A stretch of 64,000 nucleotides of DNA from assembly GCF_009914755.1 (NCBI RefSeq), contig NC_060932.1. The stretch is one strand, 5' to 3'. Shown piece by piece: positions 28,061-41,781 of the stretch; position 1 is the first letter of the stretch; every line of letters starts with the position of its first letter. The notes below the pieces were generated by a model, which was given only the letters and a program-made list of their open reading frames with translations, was not told the origin of the DNA and did not search any database. The DNA is from the human T2T-CHM13v2.0 reference genome, Homo sapiens. Position numbers and translations under genes: made by a program.

Positions 28061-28404
28061 TTGGGCCAGTACTGTTATTTATTACTTGATAACATCTTTC
28101 AGCAGTACAAACTGTCTGAAACATGTGATGGAGGAAGGAGAGCATGCCACAGCAACTGTACGTGTACAATTTGGATAATTCATTGACCTGGGAATTGCCA
28201 GTACTAACCCTGAATGTGCTCAATTTTGAGTTTTTCAATTACATTTCCTCATGGAGGAAGGGGTTTATTTTGGCCTTCTGTACAATTCTTGCTCACCCTT
28301 CAAAATTCAGTTTAAGCATCATATTGTTTGGAAAGCCTTCACTAGTGTACTCAGGCACTATTGACCAGATTCCCCACTACGTTTTGTGCTACCCATCAGT
28401 TACA

Positions 28405-28607
28405 GCCACAGTTCTCAACCAAGGGGTGCTTTTGCTCTCTAGGAGAAATAGAGGAATGTCTGGAAATATTTCTAATTGTCATGGCTTGAGGTAGTACCTA
28501 GTGGGTGCAGGCCAGTGATGCTGCTGAACATCCTGCAATGCACAGGACGGCCCATGCTCATCAAAGAATCATCGATCCCCAAATAGCGTTGCTCTTGAGA
28601 ACCCCTG
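28405..28607. mobile_element. MER20 (hAT-Charlie)
   Basis: cagttctcaaccaagggg...aatgtctggaaatattt...ggccagtgatgctgctgaacatcctgcaatgcacaggac...ttgagaacccctg. Confidence 0.9.
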
Positions 28608-29156
28608 AATTATAGTTATTGTTTTAGATACTTGCCAAAGCCAAGAATGGTTCTTCTCTCTGGAATAGTTACTTTTAGTTCTTTTAAACTAAACAATGAG
28701 ATGAACATTTTAGGACATCAAGAGACACACATTAATTCAAAGGTGTGTTTTTTTTTTCCCACTGCTCTTGCAATTTTTAAAACCTAAAACTGTGTTCAAC
28801 AGTATTCAGATATGACTTACATTGGCATCAGTTCTTTGATGGTGAGACTTCTCTTTCTTCTCCTCCTCCCCCTGCTTAAGTTCACTTACTTTGTAAGGAT
28901 TTAGATGCACAATATTTCACTTACATTTTCAAGGGGAGGGAATAAGGGATGGCTGTATTACTTTATCTCCCCTCTTCCAAAATAGAATTATTGGCTTCCA
29001 ATAAGAGCAAACTAATATCTCACTGGTGGCAAATTCAGTGGGCAGGTCCCTTTCTCTTCACTAATGTCAACTTTATACATACCAACAAATTTGTTTTATA
29101 CATTCTTTCAATTGTTGCTGCTCTTTGGGCAAGATGCACGTGGGTGTAATCGTGAC

Positions 29157-29610
29157 TGCCGGATCTGTCCTGCAGATCCTGGCCGACAGATGAAATGACT
29201 ACTCCAGACACAGGTATGCAGTGTAAGAGCAGCTAGGTGACTGCCTGGCTCTAGTGGCCAGAGAACAGCAGCAAGAAGCTGGAGCTGCTTGCTTTTATTC
29301 AGTGGAGGCACAGTGCCAAAAACTGGAGCCAACACAACCTGTAGGTAATTAACATTTATTGTTCCCGTTTCAGGGAACGTCAGGCACGCGGATGATCAAA
29401 GGTGAGTTCCTGGTCAACACAAGTAAACAAGCCTGTTTAAGAAAAATTCCCCCATACTCCCTTGTATCTACTCCTTGCCTTCTGCCTTAGAGTTATAGAA
29501 TAGCTGCCTTCAGCTATTCTCCCCTGGGGCTCTGCAGAAGCTTCCTACCTTTCAGAAGGTTTGTGTCCTTTACCTATAGTTTCTCCCACCACTCTGACTG
29601 ATTCCCCACA
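29157..29610 (-). mobile_element. LTR22-family solo LTR (HERV-K22/HML-5)
   Basis: Minus strand tgtggggaatcagtcagagtggtgggagaaactatagg...aataaaagcaagcagctccagc...ggacagatccggca; TG..CA ends; 6-bp TSD cgtgac/catgac. Confidence 0.88.
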
Positions 29611-29760
29611 CATGACTTAGCTAAGTAAAATAGCAGTCACAGTAGGATAACCCCATTAGCTTCTCGGAAGAAAAGACCGACCATATATTCTGTGGTGTGG
29701 TGTTTGTGGGGCCAAAGGGAGGATGGAGAGGAGGCGAACTTGGCCTGTCAAGAGGGATTT

Positions 29761-29896
29761 AGCTGGTCATTGTGGCTGGTGCCCATAATCTCAGTGACTC
29801 TGGAGGCTGAGACAGCAGTATCACCTGAGGACAGGAGTTTGAAACCAACCTGGGAAACAGCAAAACTCTGTCCAAACAAAGAAGCAAACAAAAAAC
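29761..29896 (+). mobile_element. Alu monomer (FLAM-like)
   Basis: agctggtcattgtggctggtgcccataatctcag...cacctgaggacaggagtttgaaaccaacctggg plus A-rich tail; gagggattt on both sides. Confidence 0.8.
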
Positions 29897-30427
29897 AGGA
29901 AGGGAGGAGGGATTTAACAAAAGGGATTTAACAATTATCATATACAAGAAATACCAGACATTTTAAATGTACTGAACACACAAAGCCAATGAAATTGTAA
30001 AAAATAATGAACAAAAACCTTAAAACATTTAGTGTAACTTTAAAGCTCAAAGGAATGACATCCATGGAAATTAATTCACAACTCCTAGAGAATGTTTAAG
30101 AATATTTGTGATTTACTCACTAGCTTTATTTTAGCGGGATGATATAGTTGCACTGCATGAAAGGCTTAGTTACAGTTGGGCTTAACGATAGAAAAAGAAT
30201 TAGTTTGACTTTCTTTTCTGGAGTACATAAAAATAAGTACATATGGCCTTTAAAATGAGTTTTGTGAATTAAATGATTTATTTTTATACTTGATTTTTCT
30301 CCTTAGAGAATCATTTTGCAAATGTTTTACCTTGGAGAGTATATGACAAGGCCTAATGCCACTAAATATCAAAATGAAGACTTTTTTGATTTATTGGGAT
30401 TCATTTTTGAAAATGCTTACAGGAATT

Positions 30428-30459
30428 CACACACACACACAAACACACACACACACACA
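30428..30459. repeat. (CA)n microsatellite
   Basis: cacacacacacacaaacacacacacacacacaca. Confidence 0.9.
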
Positions 30460-31381
30460 TAAGAACATTTTTAAAGAAACTACCAACAAAATCTCAATCT
30501 GAAAACTGACAATGGATAGATAATTTCCTATTATTTCAATAACAATCTGAGGTTAGAAGGCCAAAACAAATTTGAGTTTGCATTTGCACTTGGCCTCATC
30601 CATTTCTACGAGGAAAAGAATGTAGGTACACCAAATTTTCTGTAGATTGAATTATAGTTTTAATATCCCTTTAAGCATATTTTTGGCTTTGATATTTCAT
30701 TTGCCAGTAAAGAGATTCTTTTGTTGCCAAGCAAAAGAATTAAATGAGTTTGTTTTAGCTTGGAAGCTAACACTCCTGTAACTTACTTGCTTTTCTAATC
30801 AAATCCAGTGATTATTAAGTATCTTTTATATGTGAAGTGGTGTTAGACGTTGGCTATTAGTAACTCTTCCTTAGAAGAAATATGTAATTCCTTCAATATT
30901 CAGTAAACCAGTTCATTAGTACAAACTCAACCTGGAACCTTCTTTCAAAAGTAGACCTGAGCCTTTAGAAGGCAGTAGACTTTTAGAACATTGAAAGACT
31001 TTCAAGGTAATTCCTGAAAATGGATGCTGAGCCAAGTGAGGATCCAAGTGCTTATAAACTTAGCCAAGAGAATAGTCAAAAATCTCTGATTTGAAAACCT
31101 AAGATGTAGCTAAGCCAATATAAGATATGACTTAGAAAGGAGAAAATCATTATATGGTTGACTTACTGGTATAAGAAAAAGAGGAGTGATGGAATGTGTA
31201 TAACAAGCAACTTTAAAATTAATATCCCAGAGAAGACAACAATAATTTCTAACGACTCTATTTTGTATTAAACTCAAAGCTTCTGAGGCTTCATCTGTTT
31301 CTGTTGCATCTATGGTTTTATATGTGTTCCCCAGAAATGACTCATTTGTTCAGAAATGTTTATATTCATACAATTATTCAC

Positions 31382-31810
31382 CTTTTTATTGATTTAATAC
31401 ACCATTATTGAGTTTCTGCTAGGTACCTGGTACTATGCTAAGTGCTGAGGTTATAACAGCAAATAAACCCTGCAGTGTTTTTGCCCTGATGTAATTAATT
31501 ACATAAACAAGTGTCTAATTATATTTGAGATGAGTGTAATAAAGAAAAAGCATTTTATGATATGGGACTGATTTATAGAGAATTTGATCTAGTGTACAGG
31601 AAAGAGACAACTGCCCTATGAAAGTGACACTTAAGCTGAAACTTGCATGTGGGCAAACTCTCTAGTTTGGGAAAGTCCTGGTATCTTCAAGGAATTAAGA
31701 GACCAAAGAGAAGGCTGGATGATAAGGAGTAGGAAGAGAGTGGCATGACAGATCATGCACAGCATTTCAGGCCAAGTTAAATATGTTGGCCTTTACCCAA
31801 CAGATACCCA
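31382..31810 (-). mobile_element. L2 3' part
   Basis: ttattgagtttctgctaggtacctggtactatgctaagtgctgagg...gaaagtgacacttaagctgaaacttg. Confidence 0.75.
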
Positions 31811-32324
31811 TTTTGTACTGTGCAGTGTACAAATGGCACATAATGTGCACATGATGGCATATAATTGGCACCATGAAGGACACAGAAGTGAGGAAGACAT
31901 AGTTGGTTCATTCAGGAAGCCTCTGGTATCGTGGAGGAGACAAGTAAAAGATGCCTTTTCTCTCATGTGATATTTCTGGAAGAGAGGGTCGCTAAGCTTT
32001 CATTTTATTCCCTGTCCTTCACACAATAGATGACACCTACTTTCTGCTCAGCAGTAAATAATACATATTGATTGCATGATTTTTAATAAACACCTATAAT
32101 GTGATGATAAGGCCTTGCCTTTCCAGGTCCCTGATTTCTGTGCAAGATTTTGACTCTTAGAACTTTGGCCTTTTAGAATCTAGAGAGCTTGGGACTCAGG
32201 CTACTGCCTCTGAACCTTTGTGATTAAACCATACCACCTTAGATATGGTGGGGGCCCCACCCATTCAGGACTGAGTGAGTGCTAGGCCACTAAAAGTAAG
32301 CTATTGTATTATATACAGGGTCTT

Positions 32325-32570
32325 ACTAGCAGTGTGGGAATTGAACACTTCGGAGCCAAAGTGCTCAGGATCCAGTCATGACTCTGTTTCTCATAAGCAC
32401 TGTGATGTTTTAATTTTCTTATCCCCAGCTTCTCAGCAATAAAGTGGAGAGAAAAGCAGAACCTACTTCACAGGATTATTGTGAAGATTAAATGTGAAAG
32501 TTCTTAGTACATTCCTGATGCATGTTAATATTAAATACTCAAAAATGTTACCTGCATTTAAATTATTGTT
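32325..32570 (+). mobile_element. MIR
   Basis: ggagccaaagtgctcaggatcc...cctacttcacaggattattgtgaagattaaatg...tactcaaaaatgttacc. Confidence 0.75.
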
Positions 32571-34167
32571 TTGTTAGGTAATTCTCACAATTCCTGTGAG
32601 ATACTAGTGTTTCTAACATTTGACCCTCAATTTTTTTTTCTGATCACTTTCACTCTTGACTATATCTGGCTGCCCCAGGCTTTTTGTGCCAATAGGAGGT
32701 TTACTCAGTTGTATTCAGTAGCACAAAAATCAATTCCCCTAATCCCAGTAGGCATCCTGTGCTTCAAATGGTAGGATGGGGAAATTGTGTCTCTGGGCCT
32801 GAAAGCCCATCTCTCAAACTGGGCTGTAAATATAAAAGCTATTTAAAGCCAAATCTTGGAAACAATTTCTGGACTTCTTTAAAATTGTCACCATAATAAC
32901 AGTGTGCCAACTTATAGCATTAGAAACAAACAGACCTTTGGGCTGTAAACAATTCCTACGTAAGTATTCTTATCAATTTTCAGAACCAAATTTATGTTGG
33001 CACAGAAAGTTCCGGAACAACCATTATCATTTTTCAAGGTGGAGTGAGTACGCAGGGAGTCAGGATTTTAGACCCAAAACTTTATTCTCAAATAAAATTA
33101 TGTTTATGATCAAGTCAGGCGATATGCACCTTAATTTTTATTGGCTGCGAGCAGACTGCATTTTATTTCTTCCATGTATTTGGGATAACTTTTCTCTTCT
33201 GGTAGTTTTCTATATTTTCCAAAGGTTTTATAATAAATTTGTATTATTTATAGAATCAGAAAAATTATTTTTCCTTAAAAAAGATGTATATATCATTACA
33301 GGGTAATGACGTGTACATGTATCTCTTCTATAATCCTATTTATTTTTATGGTCCTATGCACAATGTGTTATAGAAATTTACTGATACATGATACCTTGCA
33401 TTTTTCTGAAAGCTAATCTTGATGAATACCATATGAATTTTAATTGCTTGCCAGGGAATTCATTTAGTTGTGTATGACTGACTTAGAACATTTTTTGGCA
33501 AATAACCAAGGAAAATTTGTTTTATACAAGGCTCAACATTGCCCTCATTTAATTTTTTAAATATATGCTTTACTTTTGTAGAAAAAAAAAATATATATAG
33601 CATTCATCATATAGGAATCCTGTTTTTAGTAAGCTCTTCTGTGATATTTTTTTGGCTTTGCCCTCAAGTTTGGCCTAACATTGCTTTTGAACATAGTCAT
33701 TTGCTGTAAGTCCTAAATGTGTATTCAAGCACATATAGGTAGCTGACCCTGAGAATTGTATTGTGCTCTCCATGTACTCTCAGAATTAATGATCCCTTGC
33801 CATACTCACTGTGATGTGCTAATGTATGTGCTAGTATTTTTGGAAAGACATCAATGTCTTTTGAGCTTCTTCTTAAGACTCTAAAATCTTTGAAAATTTA
33901 AGGTATCCTAGACAGAGGTAGTGATTGCTAAACATTTGTTAAGATGAATAAGAGCTAAGTAAGACACATTTTCAGTAACACTGAAAAGACTTTTAGTAGG
34001 TTAAGGGTCAATAATTAGATTTTTATTTTAGCCCCCATACTATCTAGAAAATATTCTTAATTGTACGCTTTCTAGTCTTCAAAGTAGATCCAGTTCTCAG
34101 TGCTTACAGTAGTTATCCTATTGTAAGTAAAGAAATAGGATTAATATATAGCTAATGCTGTATCTAC

Positions 34168-34471
<304 letters not shown>

Positions 34472-35049
34472 TGCTATATCTTCTTTTAATTTAATGTTTT
34501 ATAATTTTTTTGCTAGTACTGTGCAGTAGTTTTCTTTCTTAACCAATAATATTTTTAGTATAAATAAGGATCTAAGGAGCTATGTAAAATTTCTGAACTT
34601 GAACTGATTTGTGTTATTTGGGACTTTATTTCATGGTATTAATGCTTTCTTGGTGTTGGTTTGTAAATGCACTGCCAATGATTTATCAGTGACGGCAGAT
34701 AGTTCCAACATGACCAGTGCTAAGAGACCATGATCAGCTCCCAGTTGCCACAGTTAGAGTGGTGTCTATCCTGTGTAATTCCGAGAGGGAAGGGACCATG
34801 TTGAATTGGAGAGATTGGGGAAAGGGAAGCTAGTGTATATTTATTTTCTACACTGTCTCAGGCATTGTGACACGATTATTATATATGGGATCTCATTTAA
34901 CATGTTCAAGGTCATCTAGCAAGTATGAGAAAGAGCTAGAATTCAAAATCAAATCTATCTCTCCAGAAGCAGATAGTCTTCTTATCTATACTACTTAAAT
35001 TATTTAATAAACAATGTATTTTTAGATCTGGAAAGCTTGGTAAAGCATT

Positions 35050-35350
35050 GCTCATGTAGACGGATGGGTGGGAATGGGATGTTAACAAGGGGAAGCAGTA
35101 AAAAATATTCCAGTCACAGTGACATGGTGAAGGATAGAGATTAGAATGTGTGTTTGATAAACACGAAGTAGTTTGGTTTGGCCAGAACAATCTTTGGAAG
35201 ATTGGTAAGAGTACAGACTGGAAAGGAAGGTTAGCAACATGTTGTAAAGGACTTTTCAAATGCCAAGATAAGGAGTATGGACTTAATTAGGAAGGCACCA
35301 GGGAGCTACTGAGGGTTTTGTGTGGAGGAGCAATATGATTATAGCTGACA
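35050..35350 (-). mobile_element. L2 fragment
   Basis: aaatgccaagataaggagtatggacttaatt...gggagctactgagggttttg. Confidence 0.7.
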
Positions 35351-35937
35351 GCAGTCTTAATAAGGCTTAATAAATAGTACAGTCTATAACCTTAGGCCAA
35401 CTGCTGAGCAGAAGCCAAACGCTGTACTGCAGAATTAGCAAACCAATTACTGTGAGGGGTGATGGCCTGAATTTAATCTGAGTCATCCTTCACAATGGAG
35501 TAGAAACTCCTGGCAATGTAAACAAGTATGTGAAGTGACAGGTGACATGTCTTTTTGGAGCCGACTTCACTTATTTGACTCCACAGTGGCATGCTGTTAA
35601 AATGCCTTAACAGTGCCATAATTTACTTTTCACCATTTAACAAATCTCTCATCCTTGTAAATATTCAGTGTGTTTTTATGGCTTTTCTGCAGGCCTAAAA
35701 TCTATTGCCATCTGTCTTATTAGTTGTAATAATGTTTTGCCATTTTTTATTGGTATTAATAGGCTTTGCCAAAAGGGAAGTCATCATTATGTTTTCTGCC
35801 ATTTGATTTAACAGCTGATTTTGACTATAAGACAACATTCAAATTTAGTTCTAGCAACTAAGATAATTTTTTAAAATTTAGAGAGTAAGCTACATAAAAA
35901 CATATTAGTTTCCTTTACCATTTGGTAATTTTAAGAC

Positions 35938-36052
35938 TGTGTGTGTGTGTGTGTGTGTGTCTGTGTGTGTACTCACCTACATGCATGCAAGGGCAGGAGA
36001 CTGAGAGTGAGACTGAGAGAGAGAGAGAGCAGAGAGACAGAGAGACAGAGAG
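35938..36052. repeat. (TG)n followed by (GA)-rich tract
   Basis: tgtgtg... at 35938-35970 and gagactgagagtgagactgagagagagagagagcagagagacagagagacagagag. Confidence 0.85.
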
Positions 36053-38210
36053 GGAATTGCTTCCTTCTCGGGAACAGCTCCTGGCAAACCAAAAAGTTAC
36101 ATAATTAAGTTACTTATAAGACACACTCTTTTTAATACATTTTGATGGTTAGTTCTACTCACACTTATTGCTTACATAGTCATAAATTTTTGCCTCTTTG
36201 TCTGCATTCCAATATTATTTTGAACTTATATAATTTATTTATTATAGTAAGCCTTCTTCCTTTTTCCTTTTAACTAGATTGTGTGTCTCTCAAAGACATG
36301 TTTATGCGTTTGATGCATAGCATGGCATCTTGGCTCATAGTATATTTTCAAATATTTATTCCATGGAGTTTAAGTATTCCTTTCTTAGAACTATCATGCT
36401 TGGGCTTTTGCTCATTCCACAAGTCTTGAGAATATCCTAAGTATTTTGCCAGGTAAACAGAACAGAGTCCCTCTCTTAGAAAGCTTACAGCCAAAGGATC
36501 AGAAAATGACAATGTAGTCTGTAAGTGTTATTGGTGTAGGTAACCTTGAGGTTAGAGAATGGCTAATTAGAGGAGGTGACCTTTTATCTGAGTTGTAATG
36601 CAATTAAAAAGGAAAAGTGTAAAGATGAGAAAACAGGAGCTATAGTTATAACAACATCTACACAGTCATGAGTGTAAGAGAGAATCATGGGATCAGATCA
36701 TGGCTAATTGTGTGACTGAGGGGAGTGGTGAGTAATAAATCTGGTTTAACACAAAAAATCAGTTACAAACAGATTTCTATATTGTCATTTTAAAGCTACA
36801 ATTTAAAATTAATTGGTTGCTAAATTCTTGACAAAGGGGTCAATTGCTGTGGCTATCCATTGGTATTTCTTTGAAAAAATAAAAGGTTGTCTGGTTTAAA
36901 AATAATATTATTTTATTTCATTATTTTAGACCTTATAAGCACATTTAGAATCTGTATGGAATTAGAGTTCTAATATATATGTATACATATACATAATATA
37001 TAAAAATAATAGTACTTTCTTTTAAAATTTGAATTTTCAATGAGATAATGCAAGCAAAGTGAATACCATAGTGCACAGCAAATGTAAGAATTCAATTTGT
37101 ATTATTGGTATGTTTTGTGGAGTGTTCTGTCTGTATTCATGGGAAAGATCCAGTGAGGTATGAAGCATATTTGGCCTGGTGAGAATGCATAAATCTGGCC
37201 AATGCTCCCTTGAAAGCTCGTCATTCTGGTCTAATATTTTTTAAATATTTGCCACTTGGTCCAAGGCCCTTCTTATTTCACCATTGCTTATCTCTAGATT
37301 GAAACCCAAAGTAGCAGCTTTTGAAGGTTTTATTTCAAAATAACTTTTTTGCAGCTTAATCTTTTGTGGTTGGTGAGATGGATGGGGCCTTGACTCAGGA
37401 ATTATCAAGTTTTCTCTTAACTTAGAATGTTAATTAACGTGACAAAGAAACAAGGTTGATGCATAAGAAGGAAGAATGAGTACTATAAGGAGACTTTAGG
37501 AATATTGCACATCAAATATATTTCTGTGTGATTAATAAATTTTTTAATGTATTATGTTTAACACACATATATTGAATTGTCAAGTTCACTTCTGCCTTAT
37601 ATCAGCTGTGTGATCTCATCTGAAAAATCACTATAATAGTACCTATGTCATAAGATCACTAGAGAATTATACAATAATTTATATGCATATTTAACATGAT
37701 AGCTGGCAGATATTAAATATTCTATTGGTGTTAGCTATTGGAACTCCACTATTATGCAAATGTGACATGGTTATGAGGATAAATTGTGCAAATAACAGAG
37801 AATGTACACTTCTTAAAACTAGATTTATAGATTTATCACTCAGATCTGAGTAAGGTTTACTATAGTGTGTTATGTATAGTCCTTATTCTCCAGAACTAAT
37901 TATTTGTTACTTCAGACTGTGAGTTTGAGGAGATTCATTCATTTCAAGTGTGATTAGAAAATGCCTAATAGTCTAAATTTCAAAACATGTCCTTGAGGCC
38001 AATAAGATCATTTATTAAAATTTCTGTTTCTATAATAACATAATGCATACACTGTCTACAAAAACTCTTACTTTTCACAGAAAAATGTCTTAAGTTTCCC
38101 AATCAGCCCAATTTTGTGATGTAAACAGGACCCACTAGGAGTTCCAACTTTTACCACATTCATACAGTGTTACTACTATAGTGCTTTTCTACCCATAAAG
38201 TATGAAGTAT

Positions 38211-38480
38211 TGTTCAGTCAGGGTCCCAACCGGAAATAGATGGCACTCTCAAAACTGGTAATTTGAGGAGAGTTTAATAAAGGGATTATTTGCAGAGGTT
38301 TGGACCAGAGTATGGGTGACTGCAAGGAAAGTGCAGTATCCTCAGGGGACTAGGAGCAGCATTGGTGATGGGGTGGGCTTTACCACTTCTAGGCCTGAGT
38401 GGCCAAGGACGGTGAGAAGCTGAGGGCTTTGTGGAGAGGGCTTGAAGTCTCAGACTTCTCTCAGGGATGCAGTAGCCTAG
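38211..38480 (-). mobile_element. ERVL-class LTR fragment (LTR41-like)
   Basis: tgttcagtcagggtcccaaccggaaatagatggcactctcaaaactggtaatttgaggagagtttaataaaggg resembles an ERVL LTR 3' end in reverse. Confidence 0.6.
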
Positions 38481-38824
38481 TCAGTATCAAGTGGTCAGCT
38501 ATAGTAAAGGGACTCATCTTAAATTTCAACTTTTGACAAAAGTGACAGATCACTCAAAAATGTATAGAATTTTATTAAAAGGAAGTAGAAAAAAGACATT
38601 AAATCACTGAAGAGGAAGTTCATTTGGAGCTGTGTTATTGTCAAAGAATGAAGACTGCAAATTTGGGATTTTGTAAACTTTAGTTTTTTATTTTATTTTG
38701 TAAATGGGCTACTTAATATATATATAATATATGTCTAAAGATAAGCTATAAAAGATTCATTTGCAAGTATACTAATATGTTTGTCTCCTCTCACCTCCTT
38801 TCTGTATATTTCATGGCATTGCCC

Positions 38825-39379
38825 TGTTCATTGCTGAGCAAAAATTCAAATGTTACAATATAAAGTGACTCTGAATCCCATCACTCAGAGATAACCACTG
38901 TCAACATTTTAGTGACTTTTCTTCTAACAAAATGTCTGATTTTTTTTAATGATGCTAAAGCTCCTTCCTGTTGTTTGTTGGTCATTTTTTTTTAAGAGTG
39001 CTTTAAAATAGATCTCAGTAATGGGATTCAGTAAAATAGTATATATCCTTGCTATGGAACATAATGCAGCAGCCATTAAAAATCATGCTATTAGTTTATT
39101 TATTTACCGAAGAGGAATTCATGTTCACAAGACAACTGAAAAAAAATGAGACTGCAAAATAGCAGCTACTTAGATGGGTTAATAGATAGTTCAGCGCCAC
39201 TTTGAACCTACCTCCAGACCTCCAGATATGTATGCATGTGTGTATGTATTCTGTTCATGTATCCACAAAGATGACTATAAGAAAAGTCACCAAAATGTTG
39301 ACAGTGGTTATCTCTGAGTGATGAGATTCAGAGTCATTTTACATTTTTGTATCATTCAAATTCTTTTTAGCAATGAGCA
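38825..39379. repeat. Long inverted repeat of L1ME-derived arms; 58-bp core 38866-38923 / 39279-39336
   Basis: Reverse complement of the right core matches the left at 56/58; outer flanks 38825-38865 / 39337-39379 also align, more loosely. Confidence 0.95.
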
Positions 39380-39415
39380 TATGTTAGTTTTCAGAAAAAA
39401 GTTATTTTTAATTTT
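39015..39415 (+). mobile_element. L1ME (ME4-like) 3' end
   Basis: atggaacataatgcagcagccattaaaaatcatg...aaaatgttgacagtggttatctctgagtgatgagatt...gcaatgagcatatg. Confidence 0.75.
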
Positions 39416-41179
39416 ATAAAAATGCTCATAACCAACGCTCATAACCATTACACATATAGCACTATTATCAGAAAAATATAATAAGCAAAATATTCCACTC
39501 CTATGGTTTTCATTGATGGCATCACTGACTCCATTGAAATGTCAAATTTTCTATTTACACACATTTGCATGTAATGTTTTGGGAAATAGAAGCACAGGAA
39601 CACTGTGAGCAATTGAGAGTTGTGACTGCTGTGAGTGCTGTGGGCTAGAACATGCATCTTACCCTGACGAAGCATCTTCCTTCCTCAGAACTCACGGTGA
39701 CTTAAAAGGATGTGCTCATTCTGCCTCCTAACATTCTGGTGAGGCAGGTGCGTTGCAGGCTATTTCTTATCCTCTATTTACTTACAAATAAAGAACTTTG
39801 AAGCACAGGGTGGTGTATTGGTTTGTTCAAGGTCACATGATGAGTCTGTCAGCAGATCTGCAAAGAACATCCCAGTTCCTGGAGTCTGGATCTAGTCTAT
39901 AGCCTGTTGTTGGCTCAAAAGCTAAACAGGTGATAGATGAGCTCATCATATAGCTAGAGGTATGAGGAGTGGAATTGCCAAAGAGCCTGTGAGACTTGTT
40001 ATCCTGCATCATGTTCCATTCCCTTTGTGGGGCTGCGGACGGCCTCCCAACAGGGCAGTTAGAGCCTACCAAAGTCCCCAGCTCTGTGTTCCTCTGGATT
40101 GCTGGATTGTTGGGAGACAGGCTTTTAGTTTCTCCCTGGTTCTTTGTTTCTTATTTGGGCAGTAACTAATTGGATTTTCTTAGTCACTGGATGTTTTTCT
40201 TTGCCAGTCCCTCTGCAGTAGTATTAGCTGACAGTTTTATTTTATTTTATGGAATTAGATATAACTCGTAACTCCAAACACTATGGAAATCAACATGCGA
40301 ATTGGACTCTGCATTCAAACTTTTTTCAGAAAAGGAAACAATTCATCCTGGATAAATGCATACACGTTATTTTAACCCTTTTTTAAAGGGTTGAAACTGA
40401 GCTTTTAGAAAGTCAGTAGCCCAGAATATTTAACTTCTTAGGGCAGAAAGGAAGGAAAGCATTTTTATGTAAAGAGGAGGAAAATAACTTGTGCTCAAAA
40501 ATACCTTTAAGTATAAACATGTATGAATTTTACAGAATAATCTAAGGGGAAAGGAAAAATATTTATTATAGGATTATGAGAGAAATTTAACATATAAGAA
40601 ACTGACACTGAAGCAAAGCTGACGGTTTTAAATTACTTTTCTTTGAAAGTTATAGCATTTGTTAAATTGGTTATGAATTGGAGGTCATATATCTTTATTT
40701 CTTTGTTTGTAGAATTCATGTTCTAACATTTATTTTTAGTTGGAAGTACTGAAGAATATATTTTTCTTATGAATTTCTTTTGTATAAATTTCCTTATGTA
40801 TGAGAAATAAATATATTATTCTTTACTAATATATTTACTCTACTAGTAGTTTTATTTTTAATTTCAGTTCCAATTTTACAGTTACTTAGGGTTTTTGTCA
40901 TTAAGTAAATAAGTGATGTTTTAAAATCGCTTTAAAACATTGCTATATGCAATCTCTTATGAAATCACAAACTCCCAAATCTGTATACTCATTAAGATAG
41001 TTTTGTCTGCTGGCATTTCTTGATAAAATATTTGGTATTAAATATATAATATATAATACCTAAAATAGCTTAAAGCATTAAGAAGATATCACATCATAAT
41101 TAGTACAACCAGTTAAGGTATTAATATTTTAGGAATGTTCTCAAGTCAAAGAGACCATGCTCTGACAATGCATTAAAAT

Positions 41180-41181
<2 letters not shown>

Positions 41182-41216
<35 letters not shown>
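41182..41216. repeat. (TG)17 microsatellite
   Basis: Uninterrupted TG run. Confidence 0.95.
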
Positions 41217-41218
<2 letters not shown>

Positions 41219-41781
41219 GTTACTAGCCTTTTTTTCAGTTTACCCTAATTTAATGCTAATAATTGTTAAAGATATTTAAAGTCTCAGACAATTCAGAATG
41301 TAAAATCTAGCTGGTCTTTATTTAATTTCTGGATAGATGACCTACAATGAAGACCCACACTATAAGGGAAACTGCTACTAGAGAAGAAAATTAACAAATG
41401 TAAGCAGAGTCAAGATCGGCTGTCTCTGAGTGTTTTTGAGGCTGTACCCCATCAATAAAACCTGTCCTTCCAATATGTATGCATGTATTTATTAATGAAT
41501 TATATATGAACTACTGCAATAACATACTATGTACATAGTAAAACATAGTTCCAAAATAGAATTATTAAGATAAGCAGAAATTTTAACATATTTAATACCA
41601 CTGCCAAATAGATGATTTCTTAGAATACTTGGATTTGTGTCCCCCGGCCCCTACAACCCACACACATTCTATAGAACACTAGTAAAGAATGCTGCTCTTC
41701 TCTAGACCTCTTGACATAATTCTGAGCTGCATAATTGGAAGTTAAAATTGGAAGATTAAAAATTGTTTGCTAATTGACAAG

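Noticed and set aside
32902-33306. 134-aa ORF in largely unique sequence
   Set aside because: GTG start, F/L/I/K-biased composition, no recognisable domain, 3' part resembles L1ME tail; expected by chance.
39680-39745. 50-nt exon-like segment ttcctcAG|...|GTGAGG
   Set aside because: Stops in all frames and overlaps a MIR-like relic; no independent support.
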